This document shows positions 13,879-25,168 of a stretch of 64,000 nt of DNA, piece after piece. A program made the translations under genes and the position numbers. Location of the stretch: NCBI GenBank assembly GCA_030390025.1, contig CM059433.1, positions 15,626,001 to 15,690,000 on the forward strand, read 5' to 3'. The stretch is from Squalus acanthias. Lineage: Eukaryota. A model generated the notes under the pieces. It was not told where the DNA came from and searched no databases. It was given only the letters and a program-made list of their open reading frames with translations. The stretch's first letter is position 1; each line of letters begins with the position of its first letter.

Positions 13879-14824
13879 TACAAAAGCAAAATACAGCGAA
13901 TGCTGGAAATCTGAAATAAAAACAGAAAATACTGGAAATACTCAGCAGGTCAGGCAGCATCCGTGGAGAGAGAAACAGAGTTAACGGGCCAGAAATTCGG
14001 CTCTCCGGCTTCCTGCGGGTGCAAGCATCGCGCACGTACTTACCTACCACGCCTGCCGTTGTGCTTCAGGCCCACGAGGACTTCGGCTCCTGGGCCTCCT
14101 GCAGCTGCCGACGCGCAGTGCTTGCGTATCCCACGGGGTGCAGTCAGTTCGAAGCGTCCCCTGGGATCACGTGGGCCATGGAGAGCCAATCTATGAATAG
14201 AGATCGGCCCCAAAACCACACTTAAACTTCAAATAATCTTTTTTTTAAATCAAATTTTTAAAATAACTATAAGTTACATAAATTAACTACTTAAACAAAA
14301 ATTTAAATTTTTGAAAAAATTAATTATACTTTTTAACGGTGCTAAAAATAAACTTACCTTTCTTTAAAGTATGTAAAAAAGATAAACCTGTTGAAAAAAT
14401 GTTTAAATTGTAATTAATTAACCACTTACCTTGTTAAAAACAGGCCTTGCACCTCCTTTTTAAAAGTGCAGCTTCTCCATACTTACCCTCACGGAGAAAC
14501 CTGAAAAAAAAACGAAGTTCGCTGCGTGCGCGCTGCCTCTACCGCGCATGCGTTCGACTTCTGAACCCCTTCCTTCAGGGGAACGGAAGTTTCGGTTTCC
14601 CGCGCATGCTCACCCGATAAGAGCCGAATTTCTGGCCCATGGTTTCAGGGCAATGAGCCTTCGTCAGAACTTGAAAAAGTTGGAGATGGAACAGGTGTTT
14701 AAGCAAGTGTAGGGGCGAAGGAGAGGGGGGAGGGGAGGAAAGAACAAAAGAGAAGGCCTGTGATAGGATGGAAGGCAGGAGAGATTAAGAGACAAAAGGG
14801 ATGATGGTGCGAGGCAAAAGGCAA
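13879..14824 (-). mobile_element. Penelope-like 3' UTR fragment in reverse orientation, interrupted by a MITE
   Basis: Reverse complement of the tail at 11490-11590 (GAAACGTTAACTCTGTTTCTCTCTCCACGGATG). 13-bp TSD ATAGAATGTTTAA (13866-13878 / 14825-14837). Confidence 0.8.
13986..14638. mobile_element. MITE with perfect 19-bp TIRs (Harbinger-like)
   Basis: GGGCCAGAAATTCGGCTCT (13986-14004) / AGAGCCGAATTTCTGGCCC (14620-14638). AT-rich core. No clean TSD. Confidence 0.85.
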
Positions 14825-15624
14825 ATAGAATGTTTAAGTTTGACATGGAATTCAGCAACACCGAGGACAAACAACCAGATATTAAAAAAAATTAAAGGGA
14901 GTGAAAGAACATTTTTAGCCAATTGATTGGGGCATTTGTTTAAGAGCATTTCCCTAAAGGGCAAATGGAATACTTTGAAAGGTATATTGCTGAGCGTGCA
15001 GGATAAATACATACATCGGAATAGCAAGTGTAGAGGAAATGAGCAGGACTTTAAACGGGTCAGCAACAGAATCAGAAGCGAAATAGGGAAGCAAAATAAA
15101 TTCTGAAGAGAGATTGGTGAAGGGGGCTAGAACATTCAGAAATACTTTATAAAGTGGTCAATGAAGGCAGATAGGAATCTGAAAATGAACATAGCTACCG
15201 ATACAAAATATATCAGTTAGAGGGCAGTCAGAGAGTTGATGTGAACCCTACCATTCGCTAATAGCCCAAAGTGAGGATGAACATAAATAGTAAATGTACA
15301 AAATTATTACTTCATTCAATTATTTACAAGGAAAGGCACAGGCAACATGGTTCCATAATTAGTGATAAGCCAAGTAGGATTAAGGATGTCGACATTAACG
15401 TGATGAAATTCCTGGACAGATTAAAAGGGCTCAAAACAAATTAACCCCCATGGATGCATTGTTTTTATCCTGATGTACTAAGAGACAACAGATAAGATTT
15501 GCGAGGCGCTGACAGTAATTATGAGGGTGTTAATGAAAGCTGGAGAACTCCTTCTACATAGGAGTCACGCAAATATGGTGCCACTTTACAAAAAAGATGA
15601 ACTAAACAGACCTAGGACACTGAA

Positions 15625-17250
15625 AAGCCGAGAAATTCGCTATCGGTAGAAACCTGCCTGTGCTACCGCAGGCCGGTGTTAACAGGCGCCGAAAATGATG
15701 GCGCTGGCAGGACTGGTAAATTGGCGCTGGTGGCTAATTAAAATTAGCCCAGCGCTAAATTTACCATGCAATGCCATTCTGGTGGCATTAGTCCCGGCAG
15801 GAGGCTCTAATGTAGCGTGGCCATAGCGTCAGTGCATCAAGAATAGCTTTCTCTTAAAGTAAGGCTGTCATTTCAGAAAGCAGTTCGGTCCCTTAAAGGG
15901 GAACTGCCTTCTGAAATTAAAAAAATAAAAATGATGTAAAAATAGGCAGTTTGTAGCCCTTACAGCTCAACTGCTTTTTGAAATAAAAATAACATTAAAA
16001 CGAATTCCCAAGTGGGAGTCTTCAGCTCTTAAAGCTGAATTACCTTCCACTCCTTAAAAAATGCTAAAAGTGCTTAAGCACTAACACAAATGGCTCAGCA
16101 AGCCAGGGAAGGGGTACCCAGGGTCTCGCTCGCAACACTCCAGCTTTGTGCAAGGGGTCAACACTGCAAGAGAGGTCCTCTACCCACAGGGGCCAGGAGG
16201 CCCTCCAGAAAGAAGGATGTGGGACCAGATCACCGAGGCCTGTCACTTCCAGCAGTGTTGCCTTCACCAGCTGGCTCCAGTGCCCAAAGAAGCTTCATGA
16301 CCTCAGATCAGTGGTCAAGGTCAGTGAATGCAGCTTCAAAAGCCATCTCCTACCTACTGCACCACTAGCCTCACACACTGCTCAATGCATGACTCCCCCC
16401 CCCCCCCCAATCACTCACCTACCAACAATATGTACCAAACACGAGGCCCACCTCTTATTCCTAGCTTCACCTCACCCTCTTGGAGGAGGCGGTGCAGGTC
16501 ATTCTTGGCAGGGGCATGGCTGAGCCCATGGCCAGTGGCGGAGCTGAATGGATACAAGATGCTGGTATCCTCATACGTTATCCTCCTTCTCGCATGACCT
16601 CTTGCTTTCCCGCCCTCCCCTCACCACAACTCCACCCTTGTGCCTTCCTCATTTCACACACCCAAGAAATGAGCCTGCCCAGCCAGTGGTTGACCAAGAA
16701 GAGGGAGAGGAGATGGAAGAAGACAAGAAGAAGAAGAAACACCATCACTCAATTTGTCACTCCCAGCCACCAGCACCTCGAGGTTGTCCTGCAAGGCCAT
16801 CTGCAGTGTCTCCCATTGAAAGTCAGCAGCCTTCCACCAGCCGTGCTGCAGCCACTGGGGTGGCACTGCATGATAACAGTAGGATAGGCCAAGGCACACA
16901 AAAGACAGTCACTAAGGGAATGCATAAGAGTAATGAGTTGATTTCTTGATATCATATTGGATGGATAGATGTATAAAGTTGGATTGGAAAGTTTGCTTTG
17001 TGGTGGCTTTTATTTCAGCATTGTGGCCAAGAGGACACTGTGATGGTCAGTGACAGATAGAAGGTAAGATGTGGGACTACTGTTGAAAGGGGAATTGGGG
17101 ATGTGGCCACTGATACTGCAGGCGGATGATTCGATCCCAGATATCCCGGCCAGAAAGGGGCTGTCCTTCCTTCTTGCTTCCTCCTCTTCCACTTCTTCCT
17201 CTTCTGTTTCCTCCTTTTCTGCTTCCTCCCCTTCTGCGTCTTCCTCTGTG
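15625..17250. mobile_element. Decayed PIF/Harbinger DNA transposon remnant (Myb/SANT-like ORF on +, transposase C-terminal end on -)
   Basis: TIR-like GAGAAATTCGC start. MAQQAREGVPRVS and VTSSSVAFTSWLQCPKKLHDL resemble the Harbinger Myb/SANT ORF. On the minus strand at 17110-17250, a Glu-rich run is followed by LSGRDIWDRIIRL. Confidence 0.55.
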
Positions 17251-17289
17251 TAAAGAAATCTTAAGTTTGTAACCTCTTCTTATAATCTC

Positions 17290-18200
17290 TCTCTAAATAC
17301 CTTCGCATAACCCTTCAGAATCTTCACAGTCTTCAACCCTAAAATCTATCTCCGCTCTCGTGAAAAAAGCCCTAACATCTCATGTCTCTCTCCATACATA
17401 TAACTCCTCATCCCTGGTAACATCCTGGTGAATCTATGCTGTACCTTTTCTATTTCATTTATATCCTTCCTATAATGGAGTACCAAAAACTGTACACAGT
17501 ACACAACTAAGGTCTTCTGCAAATTCAACATTACCACCTTACCTTTGTATTATGCCTCTAGATACAAAACTAAGGATTCCATTTGCCTTTTTCATAACCT
17601 TATCTCATGGCATTACTACTTTTAATGACCTGTATATTATCCCACTTGCTCTTCTACTGCAGTAAAAATATTACCATGTAAGGTATGCTTCATTTTGTTA
17701 TTCTTACTTCCAAAATGTATTACTTCACATTTTTCTACATTGAACTCTATCTGCCATCCTGCTACCCTATCAATGCCTATTTACAATCTTCATCACAATC
17801 TGTCATACACACACAATTTTGTATAATCAGCAAATTTCCATAATGTTCCCTCAATTCCTAATTCCTGAACATTTCTGTATATGGTAAATAAGAACACCAT
17901 TCACCACACCTTTCCAGTCTAAGAAATTTCTTTTACCCTATCCTTTGTCTTCTGTCCTCTAACCATCTATCTATCCCTGTCACCACATTCCCCTTAATTC
18001 CAAGTGCCAATATATTTGCCATTAGTGGTACCTTACACAGTGTTTTTTGAAAATCCATATAAATCACGATTCCTTTATCAAATCTCTGTTATTTCTTGAA
18101 AGAATTCTACAAAAATTTGGTGAAGCCAAGCCTACCTTTTAGAAATCCATGTCGACTGGACCTGTCTCATTCATGTTTGTCCAAATGCTGATTAATTTAA
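17290..18200 (-). mobile_element. Old CR1-clade RT remnant
   Basis: YCVQF..HYRKDI..EKVQHRFTRMLPG..LGLFS at 17346-17537, with further decayed RT motifs beyond it. Confidence 0.7.
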
Positions 18201-19540
18201 ACTGGTATTAGAGACCCCAAAGTGGACAAAAGTTCATAGCGGCATTCCCAGCAGTTGGGCCTTGCTCCTTGCACCCTGGTGCCCTCCAGTGCTGGTCCTG
18301 CTGGAGAATGTGGGTTGGATAGTGAGGCAGATCATTTCTATGAGGCCAGTGGGTGCCTGCACCAGTATGGATGGATCTGTACCATTCTTAGATTTGACAC
18401 CAATTTCTTGGTTGCAAATAACCTTTATTGAGTTCGATCGAGTCTTGACACACTCAATGTCTTAAGCAATAATAATATAGAGAAAAAACAATATAACCCT
18501 CTGTCACTCTGGGACCATCATCAATTCTTTAATTCTCGTCTCTACGAATTGTGAAGGAAAGCTTATAGGGCTCTAGTCATGCACACTGTCCTTATAACTT
18601 TAATGTTTTTCTGTTGTCTATGAAACTTAATGTGATTGATGGATCTATTACTGCAAGAAATATTTTACAGTGAATCAGCTTTGATTAATTGTGTGTCTGT
18701 CTTCTTTTGTCATAGGTTTGACTAATTATGAAAAATATCTTTTGATATTCCTTTTGTCTCAATTTGGGCTTCAAAGCAAAGCAGTGGGTTGCCCATTACT
18801 AGGTCCTTTAGTGAATCTCTGCTCACCAGACAGTTGAAGTGGGGCTGGTGGAATCAATTGTCCATGAATGTCTGATTTCACATACGAGCTTTTCTTCACA
18901 GACCTGTGATCCTACTTATTAGAATTATTCAAGTTTCAAGAAGTTTATTATTTTTGAGATACGTTTAAAGTACTGATGAGAAATCTAATAGACTTTTACT
19001 GTAAAAGCCTTAAAGGGAGTTCATGTGCAGTGCCCTTTAATGATGCTGGTTCCTTTAAGTCCCAGAAAGTGCCCAGACTTCCTCCTGTACTCGTGGCTAT
19101 GGCTAATACTGCATCCCTAAGAGGCACCTACTTTATTTTAATTAGACTGAAGAGCGAGTTTGGGCACTGAGTTCTGGGTTCTGGGGGAACAAGCTTCCAT
19201 TGTTGTCAGACTGCCCCAAGAAAGGAAGTTTGGCTCTATAAAGTCTGCCAGTGTTATTTGCTCATCTATCAAAGGGAATCAGAGAGTCTGAGGTGACTTA
19301 CACGACCTTCAGCAAACATATCAACAACATAAGGAGTTTTATTTTTCAGCTCAGGCATTCTACCGCCCAGATGACTTTGCATGTAAGATTAGGTTTCAAT
19401 TCCTGGCTCGCACTGGTCTTCCTGTGGAGGTAGTCCTTTGCACTGGGTACGAAAGTATTCAAACAGAGCCTAAATCATCATCAATTCCAAGTGGATTGTG
19501 GAATGTCCTACAACATGATATACCTAGGCTTCCAAAATAA

Positions 19541-19990
19541 AGGCCTGGAATTTCCGGGGCCTATGTCGTAAGTGCCCCGCACGTTCCGGGTTTCTGCGTG
19601 CGATGCACATGCGCGAAAACCCGGAACTTGCGATCTGTCAAAATTCTGTTTGGCAGATCGTACCCATCCGCAGGAAATGGACATTCGCTGGTGCAGAGTT
19701 GGGCTATTTGCAGGCGTAGGGCCTTCTTTTACTAGCGTAAGGGTTTAAATAAATATAAAAATAACATTTTTATAAATGATTTAAACATTCAAAAACCTTT
19801 AAAATTAGTTTAGATTATTTTTGGCCCCTTTAAAAATGTTTACATTTATTTTTCAAAAAATTAAAATTTTGTTTGAAATGTTTAATTAAATTGGATTTTA
19901 ATTAATTTTGAACATGTGAGAATTTATTTTTATTTCAGTGTTGTGAAAGTGTTTTTTTAGGGGATTCCTTGTAATGGAATAGTCATATTT
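19541..19990. mobile_element. Probable MITE remnant
   Basis: GGCCTGGAATTTCC start, CpG-rich internal inverted repeat (GTTCCGGGTTT...AAACCCGGAAC) and an AT-rich core like 14230-14460. Second TIR not found. Confidence 0.4.
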
Positions 19991-22294
19991 CAGAAAATAC
20001 ACCATCCTATAAACAGATTTTGATAACATTAATACATGACATACTGGGTTTAAAAGTCTGGAAAGCCTCGGCGACACAGGCTGCAGGCACAATACAGGCT
20101 TCTGAGATAAGATGGTTTGTTAACACAAAGCTGTGAAAACAAGCTTTGAAATGGGAATTGGTTTGTAAATACAGAGACAAAGCCCTTATTGAAGCAAACC
20201 ATTGGTGCTTCCAGAATGTCTAGAGTTTGGAACAAAACACTAGCAAAACCCAAGTAAAGTGTTAAAATCTAACACGTCGAACAGGTGCACAGAGCATTAA
20301 AAAAAACAAGTGCCTTTGAAAAAATGACATCAAGTAAAAGAAATACCTGCCGTAAAATAGTTTAATGTTAAACTTAGAAACAGGAAACACGATTAAATAT
20401 GCAACCAATTGAGACAGCAAGAAAACAAGTAAACACCCTAAGAGAAGTGTTTTCAATTTACAAGTTGTAAAATATACCTACAGAGAGGCTTTGAAAATAT
20501 AATATCAATAGATGACACCAAGCAATTACATTGTGTTTGTATTAAACTTGGAACACCACGGAGTCACAACGTTTGGCTTACAAGCAGTTAAGTGATATTA
20601 AGAATTCAATAGAAAGACTTCCTAAGAATAGCATCAAAAAGATAAATCTGTAATAACCATTTTATGATAGTTTTTGAAACACCTAAAGGTAAAGACAGAA
20701 TCCTAAAAGTTGGCAGCTGAAATGACACCAAAGAATAGAAAATAATTTAATAGAGAATCACTAGAGATAATTAGCTTACATCAGTAGGAAACTTCAAAGA
20801 ATATACCACTAAAAAAGAGTATAAAAATAAGAGCTTTTCAGATGAAAAGTCAGAAGTCGCTGGAAGGGCAAGCGTTTCTCAACTTCACAGACACGCTCTG
20901 TAAGTTTTCAACTCTGAGTCTCGGGTAATCAAGGTATTTGATTTTGGTGGATATTCTGGATTAAGAAATAAGTAGAAGTATGGAAATGTAACGCAGTTAA
21001 GATTTGAGAATGAGGATCTCTGATAAGAAATGTAAGCTATTTGTATTTTGAACAGTTAAAGTTGCGATTGCCATACCAGCTGTTAACTAGCTGTCGGTTC
21101 TTTAATAAATCCATATATTTTTAAAATTGTCTCAAAGAGTATTTCTGTATCAATCTCATGAACTCAATTTCTGTACACTCTTCAGAGAGGAGTTGCAGAA
21201 TTCTGGGGGGTTTTCCGGAAGATTACAGTCTAGTTAAACTTGTTAAAAGTGCCTTTCCGCCTGCCGCTAGCAATGACAGGTTGAGGGAAATGTTTTGCAG
21301 TCGGGAAGGGACTGGGGGAGCGTTATTTAAAGGCGACCGCTTCCTGCCTTTTTTTGTCGGCGGCATTTTTGCACCACGCATTCTGAGAGAGAGAGAGAGA
21401 CTTCTGGAGAGATTCAACGCTGTGTGAAGGAGTTTTGGGTACTGGGCAGTACTTTGCAGGTTCATTTTGATTTGATGTTCCGTGCATAGATTTAGAAGAG
21501 ACTATGGTGGCTGCACTCTGAGCTCTTTCCCTGGGCCTCTCCATTGTTCTTTCCAGCAGATTTGATGTACAGGTCTCTCCAGGCCAAGATTCAAGGCTGC
21601 AATGAGCAGGGTGTGGATGGAAAACAAGATCGACCCTCCCCTTTAAGAACTGGCTGGCGCCATTGTGTCTGTGATCCATTGCTGACTGACATCACATGAG
21701 CTTCGCCAGCATCTGAGGTTGTAGAATTCGCAATATATCGCGATTTTATAAATAAGAAGAAAACACATAGTTTCGTTCAAACAGCTTTATTTCAGCAGAA
21801 TGCTGTCAGGTTTTCAAAGTGGACACAAGCAGCCTGTAAAATGGCCGCCGCACCTCGTGACAGAACATTCTAGACTTTTCGACAGGCAGACAAGATGGCG
21901 TTCCAATAAACATTTGTGCAAGATCGATTAAGATTCAGCACATTGAAGATAATACACGAGACATTATGGGTTTACAGTATACGCATAAATACTGAAATCG
22001 GTCTCCCAGGTACGAATGAAAGCTATTGTACCAAGTAATCAAGGGCCCATCCAAAGACATTAATATGTAAAATCCCAACGACTCTATGATGAGAGAGCCG
22101 TTAGCGGGTAGTTATACAAAACACTTGGAAGCCCCAAAACCCCTCCAGGGAGAACACCGACCGATTTAACAATGGGAGAAATATTAACAGGTACTCAGGC
22201 ATTTACGAGTAGCCCCGAAACCCATTAAGAACGGAGATCACCCATACAAGACATTTGAGCGCCAAACCCAAACAAAAGAAAGGACATTAAGGTT

Positions 22295-22324
22295 GGGCGG
22301 GAAACGGAAGATTTTGTACTATAA
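22295..22324 (+). promoter_or_regulatory. Candidate LTR promoter: GC box plus TATAA
   Basis: GGGCGG (22295-22300) and TATAA (22320-22324). The same arrangement occurs in the B and C LTRs. An alternative TATATAA lies at 23029-23035. Confidence 0.45.
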
Positions 22325-23104
22325 TTACAAGCTCCAACCGTTCATCTCTCTCTTATTCTCTTATCCGATCGACTCGTAACCTCGTGGCTGCTCCTGTGTT
22401 TTGACTCGTAGTCCTGTTCCTGCTTGTCTGGTGCCTCTTTGAAAAGACTGTTGAACTTTATGATCCGTTCGGATCTACCTCGTGTCGCGTAACGAAGACC
22501 TATGTTGGTAACTGGCATCGGAACCAAAGGGATGAGATGAGATGAGATGAGATGAGAAGAGAGGAAGACCATACTCATCGCCACGGTCAGTAAGCCCCGA
22601 CCGCGCCTGTAGGTCGAATAGCCAAGTTTCCTTGCCAGGGAGACTTCTTTGAACTTGCAAGAACGGACCTCGGAAGATCCTCCAAGATGATATTGACTGG
22701 TCTGTGAAACCCATTCGGACAGTGCCTGTTAAACCAACCAACACAGATCTTCATCACAGCAGACGTTCCAGCCTGCTAGCCGGAGCAGAAGCAAGTAAAC
22801 AAGTGGGACCAGGAGACCTCCTGATCGACACGTGGGTGCTGCGGTGAAAACATCCGATCAGCTATTCGGAATTTCTCCGAGTTATCACGAGTGGTGAGCA
22901 TGAGTCTCGAATCCTACGAATCGAGCTAGGACAGATATTGATAGGGGAGGGTTTAAGTATTAAGGATACTTGTAATGTGTGCCCCTATTTACGGTGTGTC
23001 GTTCGTTCCTCGTTTCCCTAGAATTAGCTATATAACTGCGTGTAAGATTGTACTGTCATTAATCTGTGCTTATGACATGTATTTCGTAATCTTAAATATC
23101 ATGC

Positions 23105-23110
23105 AATAAA
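23105..23110 (+). terminator. LTR polyadenylation signal
   Basis: GCAATAAAGATTT is at the equivalent position in the A and B LTRs and C's 3' LTR. C's 5' LTR has AACAAA. Confidence 0.7.
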
Positions 23111-23362
23111 GATTTTCCATTTCGTACCATTCAACCGAGTCTACATGAGTTTCATCTCCATTACTGCTCTCGCATCTAAGTCCAGTGTCTAGAACCGTAA
23201 GGGCGAGTGATTCGAACCACTCACAGGTGTGTCTAGTGCTCCCAGACTGGCTGGAGACCAGAACAGGCAACAAGGCCTAAACCTGCACTGACATACAGGC
23301 TGCACAGAGCCGCGTGAATCTCACAGGCTGCGAGACACGCACGGTCAAATCCCTTACAGAAA

Positions 23363-25168
23363 ATGGCGACCGCGGCAGGACACTGGCAGCGAGAGGGTAG
23401 TGTGTTAGACTTTGGAATGACTGTACGAAATGTTATGCAGGAAAAGATAGCAGATTATGTGTTCGGAAAGGTTAATCTAACTAAGAAATGGATAAGTGAA
23501 TTGTTAGCGGATAAAAGCCCATTAGAGGCAGCCGAAAGGTGGACAGATAGTAAAGAACATAAAAAGACACTCGAGAAAGCAGTCTGGCTAATGTGTTACA
23601 AAAGGCAGGTCCAGATTTCAAACCAGACCATTACAGCGCTAACAGCTCGAATCAGTCATTTAGAGGGAGAAATGGATGAGAAGGTTTCTGGAGGGGAAAT
23701 GCTCATTAGGAATTTAAGTGCGCTGCACCAAGAACGCCAGGAAATCTCCAGTCACCATAAAACAAGGATAGATTACCTCGAGTGCCAGGTCACTGAGGCA
23801 AAGTTAAATGAGAGCAGGTTAAAGGAAAGATGTGCCCGCCAAGCTGCCCAGATAAGAGCTCAGGAAGAGAGCTTAACGGGGGTTAGGGCGGCATATAAGA
23901 TGGCTCTTGAGGATAAGTTTCAGGGGGCCGATCATAGCGTCTGCCAAAAGGAGATAGAGCACCTTAAAAGGGCCGTGAACAAAGCGCACGGCATGGTGTG
24001 CCTTATCAGTCCGTCAGCACACCAGCCGCTAGTAGATGAGGAGTTTCAGAAATTCCCACCAAGTAAAGCAAAGGAAGTATTAGCCACTACGCCCTCCGCG
24101 CCACCCAGCTATTCGGAAACCTGGGTAAGGGAGGAAGTAGTAGAAGAAACGAAAGAGCCCACTGAGGGAGAAGTGGAAAAGGGACCGTTGTGTCCGGTTA
24201 CGGGTATAAAAAGGGGCCCAAACGGAAACGGTGGTGAACAAGGGGATCTCCTCAACCAGCTTGTGTTGCCTCACAGCTCACACCAGCTGAGGGTTATGAT
24301 AAGTCACGTACGGAAGCTGACCGAGGCAGACGACCCTTCCGTACATTTCAGGGAAGTTGAGCAAACCGCAGCCATTAACGGCTGCGACGATGGGGAAACA
24401 GCAAAGATGCTGTTATTTTCATTAGGTAGTTCGATCCTTCAGTGTCTCTCGGACGAGAGCAAGAGAGGAAACAAAAAATACGAGGCACTAAAAAATGAGG
24501 TCCTAGAAGTATTGGGGACGGACGATGAAGGTCCGTTTGTTAGAGTGGGACAGACAGTGCAGATGGAGGGAGAACCCCCGAAGGTTTTCGCCGACAGGCT
24601 GTGGCCAGTATACCAGCGCAGCTGCCCAGGTGCGCCAGAGTGCGACGCTGTGGAAGGCGTCGGTTTAGCTCATTGGCTCAGATGTATAGTAGCCAACAGC
24701 TTGCCAGCCGTCAGAGAGCAGGCAAAAGCGTGGTTTGATCCCACTGACCCCAACATTACGGAGGAGTCAGTCTTAAATCGACTCACGGTAGGATACCGTA
24801 ATATCAGGGGTATGGGAACACGTCCCCTTAAGGGAAAGGTACATGAGGTACGACCCGCAGCCCCGGCTCAAAAGGAGTGGCATCAGGAGGGTAACCGCGC
24901 CCCGCAGGCCAGTAATGCTTGTTACGGGTGTGGGAGGACAGGGCACTGGCGCAAGAACTGCAGGAACCCTTGGAAGGATTCCAGGGATAAAAATCCCGCA
25001 GCCCGAGCCCAGATGCCTGTCTCTGATAGGGAAGCTAGTGCACCCACCCCTCCCGACGACATCGAAACAGTGTTGGGAGCCATGCGCAACTTCATGAGTG
25101 CGCATGGAAAAGTGGCGGTTGCTACCAGCCCCGTAGGTGCCACAGGCCCGTCCAATAGTACCCAATGA
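23363..25168 (+). CDS. gag: Gag of provirus A (601 aa): coiled coil, PSAPPSY late domain, capsid-like region, one CCHC knuckle
   Basis: Open ORF directly after the LTR. CYGCGRTGHWRKNC at 24920-24961. Homologous to the ORFs in B and C. Confidence 0.92.
   Translation: MATAAGHWQREGSVLDFGMTVRNVMQEKIADYVFGKVNLTKKWISELLADKSPLEAAERWTDSKEHKKTLEKAVWLMCYKRQVQISNQTITALTARISHLEGEMDEKVSGGEMLIRNLSALHQERQEISSHHKTRIDYLECQVTEAKLNESRLKERCARQAAQIRAQEESLTGVRAAYKMALEDKFQGADHSVCQKEIEHLKRAVNKAHGMVCLISPSAHQPLVDEEFQKFPPSKAKEVLATTPSAPPSYSETWVREEVVEETKEPTEGEVEKGPLCPVTGIKRGPNGNGGEQGDLLNQLVLPHSSHQLRVMISHVRKLTEADDPSVHFREVEQTAAINGCDDGETAKMLLFSLGSSILQCLSDESKRGNKKYEALKNEVLEVLGTDDEGPFVRVGQTVQMEGEPPKVFADRLWPVYQRSCPGAPECDAVEGVGLAHWLRCIVANSLPAVREQAKAWFDPTDPNITEESVLNRLTVGYRNIRGMGTRPLKGKVHEVRPAAPAQKEWHQEGNRAPQASNACYGCGRTGHWRKNCRNPWKDSRDKNPAARAQMPVSDREASAPTPPDDIETVLGAMRNFMSAHGKVAVATSPVGATGPSNSTQ
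23364..23381 (+). other. Putative primer-binding site of A, overlapping the gag ATG
   Basis: TGGCGACCGCGGCAGGAC begins 5 nt after the LTR end. Same in B (31185). C has TGGTGACCGCTGCAGGAC (47881). Confidence 0.6.

Larger units (their letters stand above)
13240..15620 (+). repeat. Second copy of a local duplication (copy 1 = 4665-4801 plus 9853-11850)
   Basis: 13240-13375 matches 4665-4801; 13385-13850 matches 9855-10260; 14825-15255 matches 10523-10926; 15350-15620 matches 10925-10960 plus 11592-11840. Confidence 0.88.
21720..23358 (+). repeat. 5' LTR of provirus A (1639 bp)
   Basis: Matches 29393-29521 plus 42247-43766. Contains a (GAGAT)n microsatellite, a GC box, TATA candidates and AATAAA at 23105-23110. 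Confidence 0.95.

Noticed and set aside
22530..22560. (GAGAT)n array as a CRISPR-like or coding repeat
   Set aside because: A simple pentanucleotide microsatellite inside the LTR with no spacers.
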